A DNA stretch of 64,000 nt from Squalus acanthias. Taxonomy: Eukaryota. This document shows, one piece after another, positions 24,619 to 38,362 of the stretch. The stretch spans positions 134,046,001-134,110,000 of the forward strand of contig CM059431.1 in NCBI GenBank assembly GCA_030390025.1, read 5' to 3'. The notes beneath the pieces were generated by a model. It ran no database searches, had not been told where the DNA came from, and worked only from the letters and a program-made list of their open reading frames with translations. How positions within the stretch are numbered: position 1 is the first letter of the stretch; each line of letters starts with the position of its first letter. A program made the position numbers and the translations under genes.

Positions 24619-27384
24619 ATTGTGTCCAATTCTAGGCACCGCACTTTAAGAAGGATGTGAAAGCCTTAGAGAGGGTGCAGAAAAGATTTACAAGAACGGT
24701 TCCAGGGATGAAGGACTTCAGTTATTTGGATAGACTGGAGAAGCTGGGGTTGTTCTCCTTGGAGCAGAGAAGGTTGAGAGGAGATTTGATAGATCTGTTC
24801 AAAATCATGAGGTGTCTAGACAGAGTAGATAGGAGAGAAACTGTTCCCATTGGCAGAAGGGTCGAGAATCAGAGGACACAGATTTAAGGTGATTGGCAGA
24901 AGAACCAAAGGTGACATGAGGAAAAACTTTTTTACGCAGCGAGTGGTTAGGATCTGGAATGCACTGCCTGAGAGGGTGGTGGAGGCAGATTCAATCGTGG
25001 CTTTCAAAAGGGAATTGGATAAGTACCTGAAGGAAAACAATTTGCAGGGCTACGGGAAAAGGGCGGGGGAGTGGGACTGGCTGAAGTGCTCTTGCAGAGA
25101 ACTGGCACGGGTTCAACAGGCCGAATGGCCTCCTTCTGTACTGTAACCATTCTATGATTCTCTGATTCTAAGGTGAGGGATGGAAGGAGCGGTGGATCAG
25201 CTATATTAATTAGAGATAATATAATGGTAGTAGAAAAAAGGGACATAACTAACAGAAAAATAGAAACAGAATCCATATAGGTAAAGATAAAAGATAAGAA
25301 AGGATCAATCATGCTAATGGGTATTGTACAGACCATCTAGTAGTGAAAGAGAGATGGTAATACTGAGGCAAATTAACTATTCAATAGTTCTGGCATTTCG
25401 TTGTCGTTACCTGTGAGTTTATCGTGTGCATCTCTTCGTGGCCCTGTCCCCATCTGGATTTTTCTTTTGTTATTTATGTGTCTGTCAAATACTTTACTAT
25501 TTCTTTTTATATTCCTTGATAATTTAATTTCATAGTTCTGCTTTGTCTTTCTAATTGTTTTTTGACATCTTTCCTAACCTCTTCCTATTCTCTTTTGTCA
25601 TCCTCTCCTTTGTTGTCTATATATTTAGTGTATACCTCTTTCTTTAGTATCAATTTTTGCCCTTATGTCTTTATTCATGCATGGTGTTTCATTATTGGCT
25701 AGTTTTTTCTTGTTTTTTAGTGGAATATCTTTCTCTTGGACTCTATTGATCACCGGTTTAAATATTTCCCATTGCTGTTCTATCTCTTTGTTTGCTGTTC
25801 TATCTCTTTGTTTGTCAATATTATTTTCCAGTTTATTTTCCCGAGTTACATTCTCATCCTCCCAAAATCAGTTTTTTTCCAATCTATTACTTTGGTCTCT
25901 TTCTTACTCATGTCGTTCTAAAACTTTATCTTGAACCTTATTATGTTGTGATCGCTATTGCCTAGATGTTCCATAATGCTTACTGTTCGTATCTACTCAG
26001 ATTCATTTCCCATTAGTTGATCCAGCCGTGATTCCTCTCTTGTTGGGTTTCTTACATACTGGGTAAGAAAGCAGTCCTGTAAAGATTGTAAAAACTCTAT
26101 TCCCGTTTCCTCTTTACCTGCTTCTTCTTGCCAGTTTATTTGGGGGGTAGTTGAAATCTCCCATGACCTTTATTCTATGTCTTTTATTCATTTAATTGAT
26201 TTACTTACATATTTCTTCCACCACCTCTCTTCACTATTAGGTGGTCTGTACAAGGATTGGTTTACAACTTACATAAATGATTTGGACTCGGGAATTGGAA
26301 GTACAATTTCAAAATATGCGGACACACCAAATTGGGGGGCATAGTTAAATACTGAGAAGACTGCGACAAAATACAAGAGGACATTAATAAACCTGCAGAA
26401 TGGGTGTGTAATTGGCAAATTAATTTCAATATAGATAAGTGTGAAGTGTTACACACACTGTAAGGTAATTAAGAGTCTAAACAGAGAAGAGGAGCAAAGG
26501 GATCTAGGAGTACAAACACATAAATCACTAAAAGTAGCGACGCAGGTTAATAAAGCCATAAAAAAAGCTAACAAATTACTGGGGTTCATTTCTAGAGGGA
26601 TAGAATTGAAAAGCAGAGAAGTTATGTTAAACTTGTATCAAACCTTGGCTAGACCACAATTACTACAGGTGCACAGTTCTAGTCTCCATATTATGAAAAG
26701 GATATAAAAGCACTGAAGAAGGTGCAAAAAGATTTACTAGAATAATACCAGAACTGAGAGGTTGTACTTATCAAGGATGGCTGAACAGGCTATGGCTCTT
26801 TTCTCTAGAAGGCCAGTTGGGCTGAATGGCCTGTTTCTGTGCTGTAAATTCTATGTAAGTCTATGTAAATTCAACTTTCAATTACAGTTTCTTTTTGAGA
26901 ATTCTGGAATGTTACGCTGCATTCGGCAGTGGAGGTATTATTTTCTATCATAAGACAACTACAAGCACAAAACTCCTTTTTCCTCTCTTGCCTTTAAAAA
27001 CCCATCTGATTAAAGGAACAATTATTATAAGCCCCAAGAATTTCCTTACTTTTTTGCAGACTCAGAGCTGTAAGAGTCAATTTTCTTCGATTTAGTGCCC
27101 CAGGAGCACCTGAATGAGAGTTGCAGTTCTCCAGAAGTATAGGTAGAGACACAAAATGCCGGGTCTCCACTCTCAAAACACTTCCCTGAACATATTGCAA
27201 CGTTACTTTAAGAGGACCTTTTCGCTGTAATAGAATCATGTACTGGAATGAAAACTAAAGAGTTATGTTGCATTTCTTTCTTGTTTTTGTGATGGTCATG
27301 AGTCATGTGCAAACTAATCATAAAAAGAGGGTGCTACCAAAACAACAATGAGCATTTTGAATTTTTTTTATATTACTGTAGTTC

Positions 27385-29795
27385 CTGGGATGTGGGTGTC
27401 GCTGGCAAGGCCAGCATTTATTGCCCATCCCTAATTGCCCTCGAGAAGGTGGTGGTGAGCCGCTTTCTTGAACCACTGCAGTCTGTGTGGTGAAGGTACT
27501 CCCACAGTGCTATTAGGTAGGGAGTTCCAGGATTTTGACCCAGCGATGATGAAGGATCGGCGATATACTTCTACATCAGGATGGTGTGTGACTTGGAGGG
27601 GAACTTGGAGGTGGTGGTGTTCCCATGTGCCTGCTGCCCTTGTCCTTCTAGGTGGAAGAGGTCGCGGTTTTGGGAGGTGCTGCCGAAGAAGCCTTGGCGA
27701 GTTGCTGCAATGCATCTTGTAGAAGGTACACACTGCAGCCACGTTACGCCGGTGGTGGAGGGAGTGAATGTTTAAGGTGGTGGATGGGGTGCCAATCAAG
27801 CAGGCTGCTTTGTCCTGGATGGTGTCAAGCTTCTTGAGTGTTGTTGGAGCTGCACTCATCCAGGCAAGTGGAGAGTTTTCCATCACACTCCTTACTTGTG
27901 CTTTGTAGATGGTGGAAAGGCTTTGGGGAGTCAGGAGGTGAGACACTCGCCGCAGAATACCCAGCCTCTGACCTGCTCTTGTTGCCACAATATTTATGTG
28001 GCTGGACCTGTTAAGTTTCTGGTCAATGGTGACCCCCAGGATGTTGATGGTGGGGGATTCAGCGATGGTAATGCCGTTGAATGTTAAGGGGCGGTGGTTA
28101 GACTCTCGCTTGTTGGTGATAGTCATTGCCTGGCACTCCTGTGGCGCGAATGTTACCTGCACTTATCAGCCCAAGCCTGAACGTCGTCCAGGTCTTGTTG
28201 CATGGGGCATGGACTGCTTCATTATCTGAGGAGTTGAGAATGGAACTGAGCACTGTGTAATCATCAGCAAACATCCCCACTTCTGACCTTATGATGGAGC
28301 GAAGGTCATTGATGAAGCAGCTGAGGATGGTTGGGCCTAGGACACTGCCCTGATAAACTCCTGCAGCAATGTCCTGGGACTGAGATGATTGTCCTCCAAC
28401 AACCACAATCATCTTCCTTTGTGCGAGGTATGACTCCAGCCAGTGGAGAGTTTCCCCCCCCCCCCACCCCCCGATTCCCATTGACTTCAACTCTACTAGG
28501 GCTCCTTGATGCCACACTCGGTCAAATACTGCCTTGATGTCAAAGGCAGTCACTCTGACCTCACCCCTAGAATTCAGCTCTTTCGTCCCTGTTTGGATCA
28601 AGGCTGTAATGAGTTCGGGAGACGAGTGGTCCTGGCGGAACCCAAACTGAGCATCTGTGAGTAAGTGCCACTTGATAGCACGGTCGATGACCCCTTCCAT
28701 CATTTTGCTGATGATTGAGAGTAGACTGATGGGGCGGCAATTGGCTAGATTGCATTTGTCCTGCTTTTTGTGGACAGGACATACCTGGGCAGTTTTCCAC
28801 ATTGTCGGGTAGATGCCAGTGTTGTAGCTGTACTGGAACAGCTTGGCTAGAGGCACAGCTAGTTCTGGAGCACAAGCCTTCAGCACGATAGCCGGGATGT
28901 TGTCGGGGCCCATAGTCTTTGCTGTATCCAGTGCGCTCAGCCGTTTCTTGATATCACGTGGAGTGAATCGAATTGGCTGAAGACTGGCTTCTGTGATGGT
29001 GGGGACCTCAGGAGGAGGCCGAGATGGATCAATCACTCAGCACTTCTGGCTGATGATGATTGCAAACGCTTCAGCCTTGTCTTTTGCACTTGCGTGCTGG
29101 GCTCCACAATCATTGAGGATGGGGATATTCATGGAGCCTCCTCCTCCCATTAGTTGGTTAATTGTCCACCACCATTCACGACTGGATGTGGCAAGACTGC
29201 AGAGCTTTGATCTGATCTGTTGATTGTGGGATTGCTTAGCTCTGTCTATACCATGCAGCTTTCACCAGATTAGCACCTCATTTTTAGGAATGCCTGGCTG
29301 CTGCTCCTGGCATGCTCTTCTGCACTCCTCATTGAACCAGGGTTGGTTCCCTGGCTTGATGGTAGTGGTAGAGTGAGGGATATGCTGGGCCATGAGGTTA
29401 CAGATTCTGGTGGAATACAATTCTGCTGCTGCTGATGGCCCACAGCGCCTCATGGATGCCCAGTTTTGAGCTGCTAGATCTGTTCTGAATCTATCCCATG
29501 TAGCATGGTGGTAGTGCCACACAACACGATGGAGGGTGTCCTCAGTGTGAAGACGGGCTTTCGTCTCCACAAGGACTGCAATAGGTAGATTGGTGAGGAT
29601 GAGGTCAAGTAGGTTTTTCCCTCGTGTTGGTTCTCTCACCACCTGCCGCAGTCCTAGTCTGGCAGCTATGTCCTTCAGGACTCGGCCAGCTCAGTCAGTA
29701 GTGGTGCTACCGAACCACTCTTGGTGATGGACATTGAAGTTCCCCACCCAGAGTACATTCTGTGCCCTTGCCACTCTCAGTGCTTCTTCCAAGTT
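27385..29795 (-). mobile_element. LINE family A copy, decayed
   Basis: ORFs 28098-29036 and 27431-28162 match the 4142-5873 and 10212-10409 peptides; ends HHLLEGN*. Confidence 0.92.
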
Positions 29796-29799
29796 GAAT

Positions 29800-30300
29800 G
29801 CTCCGAAGCCTGAGCCAGCAAGAACTAACTACATTGATGTCCAGCTTGTGTGCGAGCAACGGGACAAAACTTTGCTGATGAATGCCGGTTTCACTGGCAG
29901 TACGCATGATACCTTCATCTTCAATCAACCATTTCACCGTGGTTTGAAGAAAGGCAAGGATTGAAAGGAGCTGGCTGGTAAAGGGCCTTAGTTACGCACT
30001 GTTGCCATAGTTCATGACACTCTTGAGGGTTTCGTCTAATGAAGTGGAGCAGCCATAAAATGAAACTCATGCTTCCACTAGAGTGAGCAGTGAGAACAGC
30101 ATTTATATTTTGAAGAAGAGTTTTTGATGCTCGAGTTGCTCTGGGATGTCCTGCAAGAGAATCTACAGAAGGTACGTAGGATATAGTTGCATGCTGTGTG
30201 CTCTACAGGAAAGCAATTGACAGGGGCAACCATGTGGCAGTATAAGAAGCGGAGTGGTCAGAGAAGGTGCAGGAGGATGAGAGAGATGAGAGACCACAGG
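29800..30300 (+). pseudogene. Harbinger (HARBI1-type DDE) transposase remnant
   Basis: IDVQLVCE...NAGFTGSTHDTFIF, then WLVKGLSY...FMT and NETHASTRVSSE....LKKSF*C, matching the NVQLVCD / PGSxHD / WLLGDxGY / HxxTRxxIE...LKxRFRCL blocks. Confidence 0.7.
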
Positions 30301-31359
30301 GGACGATTCCATTGGTCAAATCACCTGGAGATATCTCATCCTGCAAACAGTCTCTTAAACATATAATCCTGTATTACACCTAGATTCAATCGCTTGACCT
30401 TCCTGTGCAATAAAAGCATCCCTGATGAGCATTCCTCCTATGACATACTTCTCAACTCCCAGCAACATCATATAGGACCTTGCGCACAGCATAATCTGCC
30501 GTCAACACATTTATTGCAGATATTCAAATTGTTATTTTTAAGCCTATTTTTTTTCCCACCCTGCTGCTTCCCCTTTCTAACAGTGGGTGCCTTTTGTGCA
30601 TGGCTAAGTAGTCTGTTGCCTCATCTGAATGCTTGCTTTCAGGCAGAAACAGGACAGGATGATTGCAGTATGTCAGTGTAAGTCTAGGGATCCGTGGTGC
30701 CTCTAAATCATTGTGAGCTAGGACACCAGCTTAAGGCTGCAAATTATCTGCTGCTGTGGGACAGCTTGTTAGCCCTGCCTGAAAGGGTGGGGTGGTGAGA
30801 AGGATATCTGTGGACGTGGAGCAATCTGGAGAGAGAGCACCAACATCAACTGTCTGTTCCAACCTGCCCCTTCTCCCAGCCTCTGTAACACTCAGACCAG
30901 TAATAAGACACCATGACAGGAATGGTATTAACCAAGCCAACCCCTATTTCTCTCCTGGTTTGAGCAACCTCTTCTGTAAGGATGTCCCTTAAGGATGCCA
31001 TAGTGCAGCCAAAACTTGTATTGCAGCAGTCTGAAGGTACTGATTCTTGCTGGGCTATGGTTCTGGAAATTCAGCATGTGATTTTCTGGTCTGAGTGATC
31101 TATTCCCTCAGCTGTGCCTTAAGCCACTTGGACATTGTGAAGCTATCGAGTTCTTTTTAAGCTTTACGATTTAGCATCTCAATTCTTTTTAAACTTTGTG
31201 CTGATGGGATGGTCAGCCCTTTTCTAATTGGATGACTGAATATAGCTACGTTAATGCGTTTAAAATAATCACCATGTATGTTTTCAAGGAAAGAGCATAA
31301 TAGCCATGAATAATGACATAACTTTTAACGGCTCAATCTTTGTAAAAGATTACAAAATG

Positions 31360-32732
31360 ACCCGGAATTTACTGGGGCGGGAAATCTTGCGGTGTGCCAC
31401 ATTAGTTAGACTTTTTCCCTCATCCTTGATCGTGAAAAAATTTCGCACTGCAAGATGCTGGAAGTACGAGCTGATCACGGCACGGCAAAGGCAAAAGGGC
31501 ATTTGGGACCTTGGTGAACGACGGGACCAACAGTCCTTAACCAATGAGATTTAAGGATTGAGAAAGAAACAGAGGATCGATGGAGAAGGAAATAGAGTAA
31601 TTAATAGTCAAATCATGTACAGAATAAGAAATAAAGAAAGGGAAAGAAAGATTGGATTAAGAGAGGGAGAAAAAAAAGACAGAAAGGAAAAGCAGGATAA
31701 ACAAATTAAAATAAAAACTTCTCTAACAGCAATTTACAACTTGTAGGAATGAGATGTAACAGTTTCAATTGTTCCCTTTCTCGGCGGAGAGGTTGAGTGA
31801 ACATAACATACATAACATAAGAAATAGGAGCAGGAGTAGGCCATTTGGCCCTTCGAGCCTGCTCCTCCATTCAATAAGATCATGGTTGATCTTCTACCTC
31901 ATCTCCACTTTCCTGAACTATCCCCATATCCCTTGATTCCCTTAATATTTAAAAATCTGGTATTGCAGGAACATAAAACTCCTAATTAAAAAGGTACTTA
32001 TGCTGTTAAGTTCCACACATAACTTTCTGCGGCGAGTTTAATTGCCAATTAATGTGCAAAAGCAGCAATTTCTTGACACCCATGGGGAGGTTGAGGGCGA
32101 GATGTCATTTTCGCAAGGCTAACAGTAAAGCAGCACAAATTGTCCAGCAATATGTAACAATTCGCAATTCACTGGGTATCTCTTCCTTCTCACCAATTGC
32201 TGGACAATTTACATGTTAATAACGGTGTGCGCCATTAAGGAAGAAAGACTTGCATTTATATAGTGCCTTTCATGACCTCGGGACATCCCAAAGCGCTTTA
32301 CAGCCAATGAAGTACTTCTGACGTGTAGTCACTGTTGTAACATAGGAAAGGTGGCAGCCAAGTTGCGCACAGCAAGGTCCCACAAATAGCAATGTGATAA
32401 TGACCAGATAATCTGTTTTAGTGATGTTGATTGAGGAATAAATATTGGCTTGGACATCAGGGATAACTCCCCTGCTCAGGGCCACAGGGTCTTTTATGTT
32501 CACTTGAGAGGGCAGACAGGGCCTTGGTTTAACATCTCACCCGAAAGACGGCACCTCCAACAGTGCAGCACTCCTTCACTACTGCACTGGAGTGTCAGCC
32601 TAGATTTTTGTGCTCAAGTCTCTGAGAGTGGGACTGAAACCCACAACATTCAGACTCAGAGGCCAGTGTGCTACCAACTAAGCCACAGCTGACACCATAA
32701 CGTGCCATTATTTTGGCAGCAAATTCTGTCCC
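31360..32732. mobile_element. Old non-autonomous DNA transposon carrying SINE and CR1-tail inserts
   Basis: Ends CCATTATTTTGGCAGCAAATTCTG, the reverse complement of the start of the element at 42041. Internal segments also match 42041-42420 in reverse. Confidence 0.6.
32243..32695 (-). mobile_element. tRNA-derived Deu-domain SINE (SacSINE1-like)
   Basis: Minus strand head GTGTCAGCTGTGGCTTAGTTGGTAGC, central GGAGGTGCCGTCTTTCGGGTGAGATGTTAAACC, tail TATATAAATGCAAGTCTTTC. Confidence 0.85.
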
Positions 32733-32858
32733 ATTATAAGAAAACAAAGACACTTACAGATTCAGTTCCAGTCCCTTTTACGACATTTAAAAATTAATTT
32801 ATATATGCCATTATGTTTAGATGAATATTCTTAAATATTTTAAAATAAAGTAAAATAC

Positions 32859-32921
32859 CTGATGTTTCTCATGGTCATGTCTTTCAAAAAGGTTGTTTAT
32901 TTCTGAAGTCCACTTAAGTTC
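32859..32921 (-). CDS. Internal exon of unidentified host gene
   Basis: tttcatttatag acceptor, CAG|gtatt donor, 63 bp, phase 0-0: ELKWTSEINNLFERHDHEKHQ. Confidence 0.75.
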
Positions 32922-33047
32922 CTATAAATGAAAGTATAAATAAATCATGCTAAATTTCTGATATTTAAGTAGTATGGATATATATATATATGCTGACTGC
33001 TGTTTATCAGCAAGTGAACAGTACATGATCACTCTAAGTGTGCAATG

Positions 33048-33360
33048 CATCAGCTTGGCTCAGTTATTAGTACTCTCCCCTCTGGATCAGAGCCGAACAC
33101 TGGGACATAATCTGGGCTGATATTCTTTTGCAGCACTAGGGGAGTGCTGCATTGCCAGATAAGATGTCAACCCTGCCATATCTGCCTGTTTAAGTGGATA
33201 TTAAAATTGAATTGCACAATTGAAAATGTTGCAGGAAGTTCTCCCGATGTTACATCCAACATTCCTCCCTCAATTAGTATTATGAAAAAGGCAGACTGCT
33301 GCTTGCATGATGTTGCAGATGTAGAATAGCTTCTAGATTTGTTTACATAACAATCACTTT
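33048..33360 (+). mobile_element. Decayed Deu-domain SINE
   Basis: TGGCTCAGTT head and GGGAGTGCTGCATTG core similar to the 32243 and 34454 copies. Confidence 0.6.
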
Positions 33361-34332
33361 GTGGGTGGGGAGCATTGAGTGGCAGGGGTCATGATGTTTA
33401 GGTGCAGCATGACTGTAATGAACAGGCTTGATGGACCAGCTGGTCTTTGCTTGTCCATCAGTTTTATATGTTCGTGACAGCCGTTTGATGTTTCAACAAT
33501 AACAACAAGATGCTATATAAATAAAAGCACCTTAATGATAAAAACAACTCTCCCAATTACATCAGAATAAAGGCATGGGAATGTAGGTGGAGGCAGGCGT
33601 AAAGGTCAAGTTCAACAAGGCGGTAGAGATTGAGGCCAGGACAAGGACGGGGGCTGAGGCCTGCAACGGAGTGGAGGATTGAAAGCCTGTTGAAGAAGGA
33701 GGCAGGTGAAAAGGGGCTGAAGTTGTATTGGAGTGTAGTTGGAAGTTGAGCTGAAAAAGTGTCAACTGAAAAAGGAGCAGTATGTATTTATTTAAATATT
33801 GAATGGTAAAGAAAGGAACCCAGAGCAAGAGAGAAAGAAGGTGGCAGAGTTTCAGATGGGTGGGAAGACCAGGGACCAGTAAGGTAGCATCAGGATCAGG
33901 CATAGTCTGGGGAGGGCAGCTGAAAAAATGGGGAACGTCAACAGAATAGCACCGCATTGTCACAGGGTAGAGATTGGGGAGTGGGCCAAGGAACCAGCCC
34001 GAGGGTGACAACAGGAAGTTGGAAGTTAGCATTTTTGTCTAACATTTAGCATTGTATGGGCACTTTTAATTCTGTCATGGTATACAAGAGGATAACAACC
34101 AGCTTCACACACAGAAAACAAGCCCTAATTTACTTTGATTCAAGTGTTACAGGATTTTCATTGTCTTGTCACAGCTAGGTATCTGAGGGAGCCAAGCAAT
34201 TCAATTCAATAACAATATTTTATGGGATTTGGACAAAACATATGGTTGGCAGCTTTTTTTTTCAACATGACATTATTTAAACTTATTTGATCCCATTTTC
34301 TCAGCCTGGCTAATTCAAATTGGAAAATCTAC

Positions 34333-34370
34333 CTGAAGTCTTTGAGAGTGATAGTGAGACCAACTAGCTA
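34333..34370 (-). CDS. Probable micro-exon of host gene
   Basis: ttttctttttctcattatccacag acceptor, CAG|gtaga donor, 38 bp, phase 1-0: xASWSHYHSQRLQ; in frame with 32859-32921. Confidence 0.6.
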
Positions 34371-34453
34371 CTGTGGATAATGAGAAAAAGAAAATAACTA
34401 CCACCTAAGAATACATAGTTTAGCACAACAGTCCTGACTATTAGTATATATTT

Positions 34454-34895
34454 GTGTTAGCCTTGGCTCAGCAATAGCACTCTTGCCTCTGAGTCACAAA
34501 ATCATGGGCTCAAGCCACACTCCAGGACTTCAGCACTTAACCTCAGCTGACACGGCAATACTGATGAAGTACTGTCGTGTCAGAGGTGGTGCCTTTCAGT
34601 TGACCTCCCTCTGACCTCTCAGGTAGATGTAAAAAATACCAGGGTAGTACTCGAAGAAGAGCAGGGTGTTCTCCCGGTGCCCTGGCCAACATTTATCCCT
34701 CAACCAGCATCAATAAAACAAGTTTAATTGGTCATTTATCTCATTGCACCTTGTCGGCTCTTGCTGTGTGCAAATGGGCTGCTGAGATTCCCTACATAAC
34801 AACAGCGATGACAAAAGTACTTCAATGGCTGTGAAGTGCTTTAGAATGTCCTGAGGTTAGAAAAGGCACTATATAAATGCAAATTCTTTCTTTCT
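34454..34895 (+). mobile_element. tRNA-derived Deu-domain SINE
   Basis: TGGCTCAGCAATAGC A box, GGCTCAAGCC B-box-like motif, and tail GCACTATATAAATGCAAATTCTTTC. Confidence 0.85.
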
Positions 34896-35094
34896 GCCTC
34901 TGTGGTCATATCAGAAGTCAGAATGTTCGTCCAGCCACACTAGACCTGACAAATAGGTTTTCCAGTACAAAGAACCATCTATTTCTCTTCAAAGCTTTGA
35001 CTGTATTCACAACCTCCAAAAAAGCGGCAGGTAAGTTTTCAAACCATCAACAAATGGGAGGATGCTAAGAGTAAACATACATTAGTCGTGAATT

Positions 35095-35390
35095 TGAAAC
35101 TATTGGATTGTCGTAACAACCCAACTGGTTCATTAATTTCCTTCAGGGAAGGAAATCTGCCGTCCATACCTGGTCTGGCCTATATGTGACTCCAAACCCA
35201 CAGCAATGTAATTGACTCTTAACTGCCTTCTAAAATGGCCTAGCAAGCCACGCAGTTGTATCAAACCGCGATAAAAAATTATAATAAGAATAAAACCGGA
35301 CGGACCACCCGGCATCTACCTAGGCATTGGATTCAGATGCAATAAAGTTATATCCAGCCCAGTTGACCCTGCAAAGTCCTCCTCACTGAT
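35095..35390 (+). mobile_element. Second copy of the family A LINE 5' region (SINE body to EN junction)
   Basis: Matches 3356-3612, including AGGGAAGGAAATCTGCCGTCC through CCCTGCAAAGTCCTCCTCAC. Confidence 0.85.
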
Positions 35391-35588
35391 CTGTGTGCGT
35401 ACAGAGCTGGAAGAATCTACTAAATGGAGTGGCTTGCTAACCGAAGTGACAACGAAATTTGGAGAGAGTGGAAATTCGGTGCAGAGGGGGAAGGAGGTGC
35501 TAACTGCTTTCAACCAAGGGGGCAACTGTAAATATATAAATAATCAGAGTAATTAATTAGGTCTAAAGGGATTTGTTTAAGCAAAACA

Positions 35589-36885
35589 ATGGGGCAGCTG
35601 AGAACCACTGCCTGCAATTCCTGTGCCATGTGGGAACTACAGAAGGTGTCATGTGTCCTGGATAACTACATGTTCCTTAGCAGGGAGGTCAATAACCAGG
35701 GGGCATGGAGTTAAATTAATTGGTAGAAGGATTAGAGGGGAGTTGAGGAGAAATTTTTTCACCCAGAGGGTGATGGGGGTCTGGAACTCACTGCCTGAAA
35801 GGGTGGTAGAGGCAGAATCCCTCACCACATTTAAAAAAGTACTTGGATTTGCACTTGAAGTGCCGTATCCTACAAGGCTATGGACCAAGAGCTGGCAGTG
35901 GGATTAGGCTGGATAGCTCTTTTTCAGCCATCACAGACACGATGGTCCGAATGGCCTCCTTCTGTGCCATAAACTTCTATGATTCTATGTACATGAAGTG
36001 CCTTCAGCTGCTTGAACTCAAGCCCAGGATTTCGGCGCTTGTGGAGTGGCTGGAGTCACTACAGGGCATACGGGAGGCTGAGAATCTCATGGAGGATACT
36101 TTCCAGGAAGTGGTCACCCCACAGCCTCAGAGGGTTCAGGAGAATATTAAATGGGTGGCCATCCGGCAGGGTAGGAAGATGCAGACAGTGCAGGAATTCT
36201 CCAGGAGTGTGGCACTCTCAAACTGGTTTTCAGCAGTGAATACTAATGAGGGCGACGACACACTGGGGGAGTGCAGTCTAGAGCACATCCACGGCAGTGA
36301 GGCTAATGACTGCACGGGGGGGGGGCAAAGCAAAGTGTAGAAATGCAGTGGTCATAGGGGATTCGATAGTCAAGGGGATAGACAGACGTTCCTGCAACTG
36401 CCGACGTGAGTCCCGCATTGTGAGTTACCTCCCTGGTACCAAGGTAAAAGGACATCACTGAGAGGGTGCAGAACATTTTGAGGTGGAAGGGGAACAGCCA
36501 GAAGTCAGGACATAGGAAGGAAAAGGGTTGAGGTCCTGCAATCAGAGTTTCAGGAGCTAGGTAGGAAGCTAAAAAGCAGGACCTCAAAGGTAGTAAACTC
36601 TGGATTACTCCCAGTGCCACGCGATATAGAAATAGTAGAATAAAACAGCGTGGCTGGAGAAATGGGGCAGGAGGGAAGGCTTCAGATTCCTGGGGCATTG
36701 GGACCAATTCTGGGGCAGGAGGGACCTGTTCAAGGTAGACGGGTTGCACCTTAACAGAGCAGAAACCAATGTCCTCGCAGGAAGGTTAACTAGTACTGTG
36801 GGGGAGGGTTTAAACTAATTTGGCAGAGGGATTGGCACAATCATTGGGATTGGGAACTTAATATTCCTGGTTACAAGGTATTCAT
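35589..36885 (+). mobile_element. CR1 ORF1 (zinc finger + esterase) remnant with a short CR1 3' insert at ~35670-35990
   Basis: MGQL...CNSCAMWEL, KCLQLLEL, VIGDSIVKGID and LPGTKVK; homologous to 53020-54013. Confidence 0.8.
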
Positions 36886-37069
36886 GTCAGGAATGGATAT
36901 CCCTTGTCGCCCAATAGCCAGCCTGTAACTTGGTGGCCTGTTTAGAATAAAGGTAGCAGAGAGGACTGGCGCAGGATGAAAGATTCATGACTACTGCAAG
37001 GTTAGTGTACACAGACCTGCATAATGTGTTGCCTATGGTCGCAAACAAGCTGTACGTTGAGGGAGTGAA

Positions 37070-38362
37070 ACATAGAAAAAAACATAGAAACATAGAAGAT
37101 AGGAGCAGGAGTAGGCCATTCGGCCCCTCGAGCCTGCTCCGCCATTCAATGTGATCATGGCTGATCATCCAAATTCAGTACCCTGTCCCTGCTTTCTCCC
37201 CATATCCCTTGATCCCCTTAGTCTGAAGAAATATATCTAACTCCTTCTTGAATATATTTAATGAATTGGACTCAACTGCCTTCTGTGGTAGAGAATTCCA
37301 CAGGTTCACCACTCTCTGGGTGAAGAAATTCCTCCTCATCTTAGTCCTAAATGGCTTACCCCTTATCCTTAGACTGTGACCCCTGGTTCTGGACTCCCCC
37401 ACCATCGGGAACATCCTTCCAGCATCTAGTCTGTTAGTCCTGTTAGAATTTTATAAGTTTCAATGAGATCCCCTCTCATTCTTCTAAACTCTAGCAAATA
37501 CAAGCCCAATCGACCCAATCTCTCTTCATACGTCATTCCTGCCATCCCAGGTATCAGTCTGGTGAATCTTCGCTGCACTCCCTCCATGGCAAGAACATCC
37601 TTCCTCAGATAAGGTGACCAAAACTGTACACAATACTCAAGGTGTGGTCTCACCAAGGCCCTGTACAACTGCAGCAAGACATCCTTGCTCCTGTACTCGA
37701 ATCCTCTCGCTATGAAGGCCAACATACCATTTGCCTTCTTAACCGCCTGCTGCACCTGCATGCTTACCTTCAGCGACTGGTGCACAAGGACACCCAGGTC
37801 TCGTTGCAGTTCCCCTTTTCCCAATCTATTGCCGTTCAGATAATAATCTGCCTTCCTGTTTTTGCCACCAAAGTGGATAACCTCACATTTATCCACATTA
37901 TACTGCATCTGCCATGCATCTGCCCAATCACCCAACCTGTCCAAATCATACTGGAGTTTCTCTGCATCCTCCTCACAGCACACATGCCCACCCAGCTTTG
38001 TGTTGTCTGCAAACTTGGAGATATTACATCTAGTTCCCTCGTCTAGATCATTAATATATATTGTGAATAACTGGGGTCCTAGCACTGATCCCTGCGGTAC
38101 CCCACTAGTCACTGCCTGCCACTCGGAAAAAGACCCGTTTATTCCAACTCTTTGCTTCCTGTCTGCCAACCAGTTTTCTATCCAAGACAGTACCTTACCC
38201 CCAATCCCATGTGCTTTAACTTTGCACGCTAATCTCTTATGTGGGACCTTATCGAAAGCCTTCTGAAAGTCCAAATACACCACATCCACTGGTTCTCCCT
38301 TATCTATTCTACCAGTTACATCCTCAAAAAATTCCAGTAGATTAGTCAAGCATGATTTACCT
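37070..38362 (-). mobile_element. 5'-truncated CR1 (family F)
   Basis: 307-aa RT piece LDFQKAFDKVPH...GVPQGSVLGP...; AAACATAG tail repeats. Confidence 0.93.

Larger units (their letters stand above)
17651..25168 (+). mobile_element. CR1 LINE ORF2 (family B), decayed; hosts three younger insertions
   Basis: AITETWL, IMGDFNYP, SDH, KSPGPDGMHPR, GVPRGSVLGP, and TATGATTC tail at ~25150. Confidence 0.9.
17019..26860 (+). mobile_element. Old CR1 (family E) pieces flanking a nested cluster: 17019-17650, 25169-25370, inverted 25390-26270, 26271-26860
   Basis: ORF1 esterase remnant VVHVGTND. EN start WQLNIAGYNIFR stops at 17650 and resumes after 25168. A minus-strand EN segment (MGDFN at ~26150) precedes a plus-strand RT 3' end. 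Confidence 0.6.

Noticed and set aside
27110..27224. Candidate minus-strand exon RKGPLKVTLQY...
   Set aside because: Weak donor (GTGCTC), and its end phase is incompatible with the next supported exon.
33560..34050. 156-aa minus-strand ORF
   Set aside because: Looks like heavily decayed L2-type sequence; no intact motif, so no gene call.
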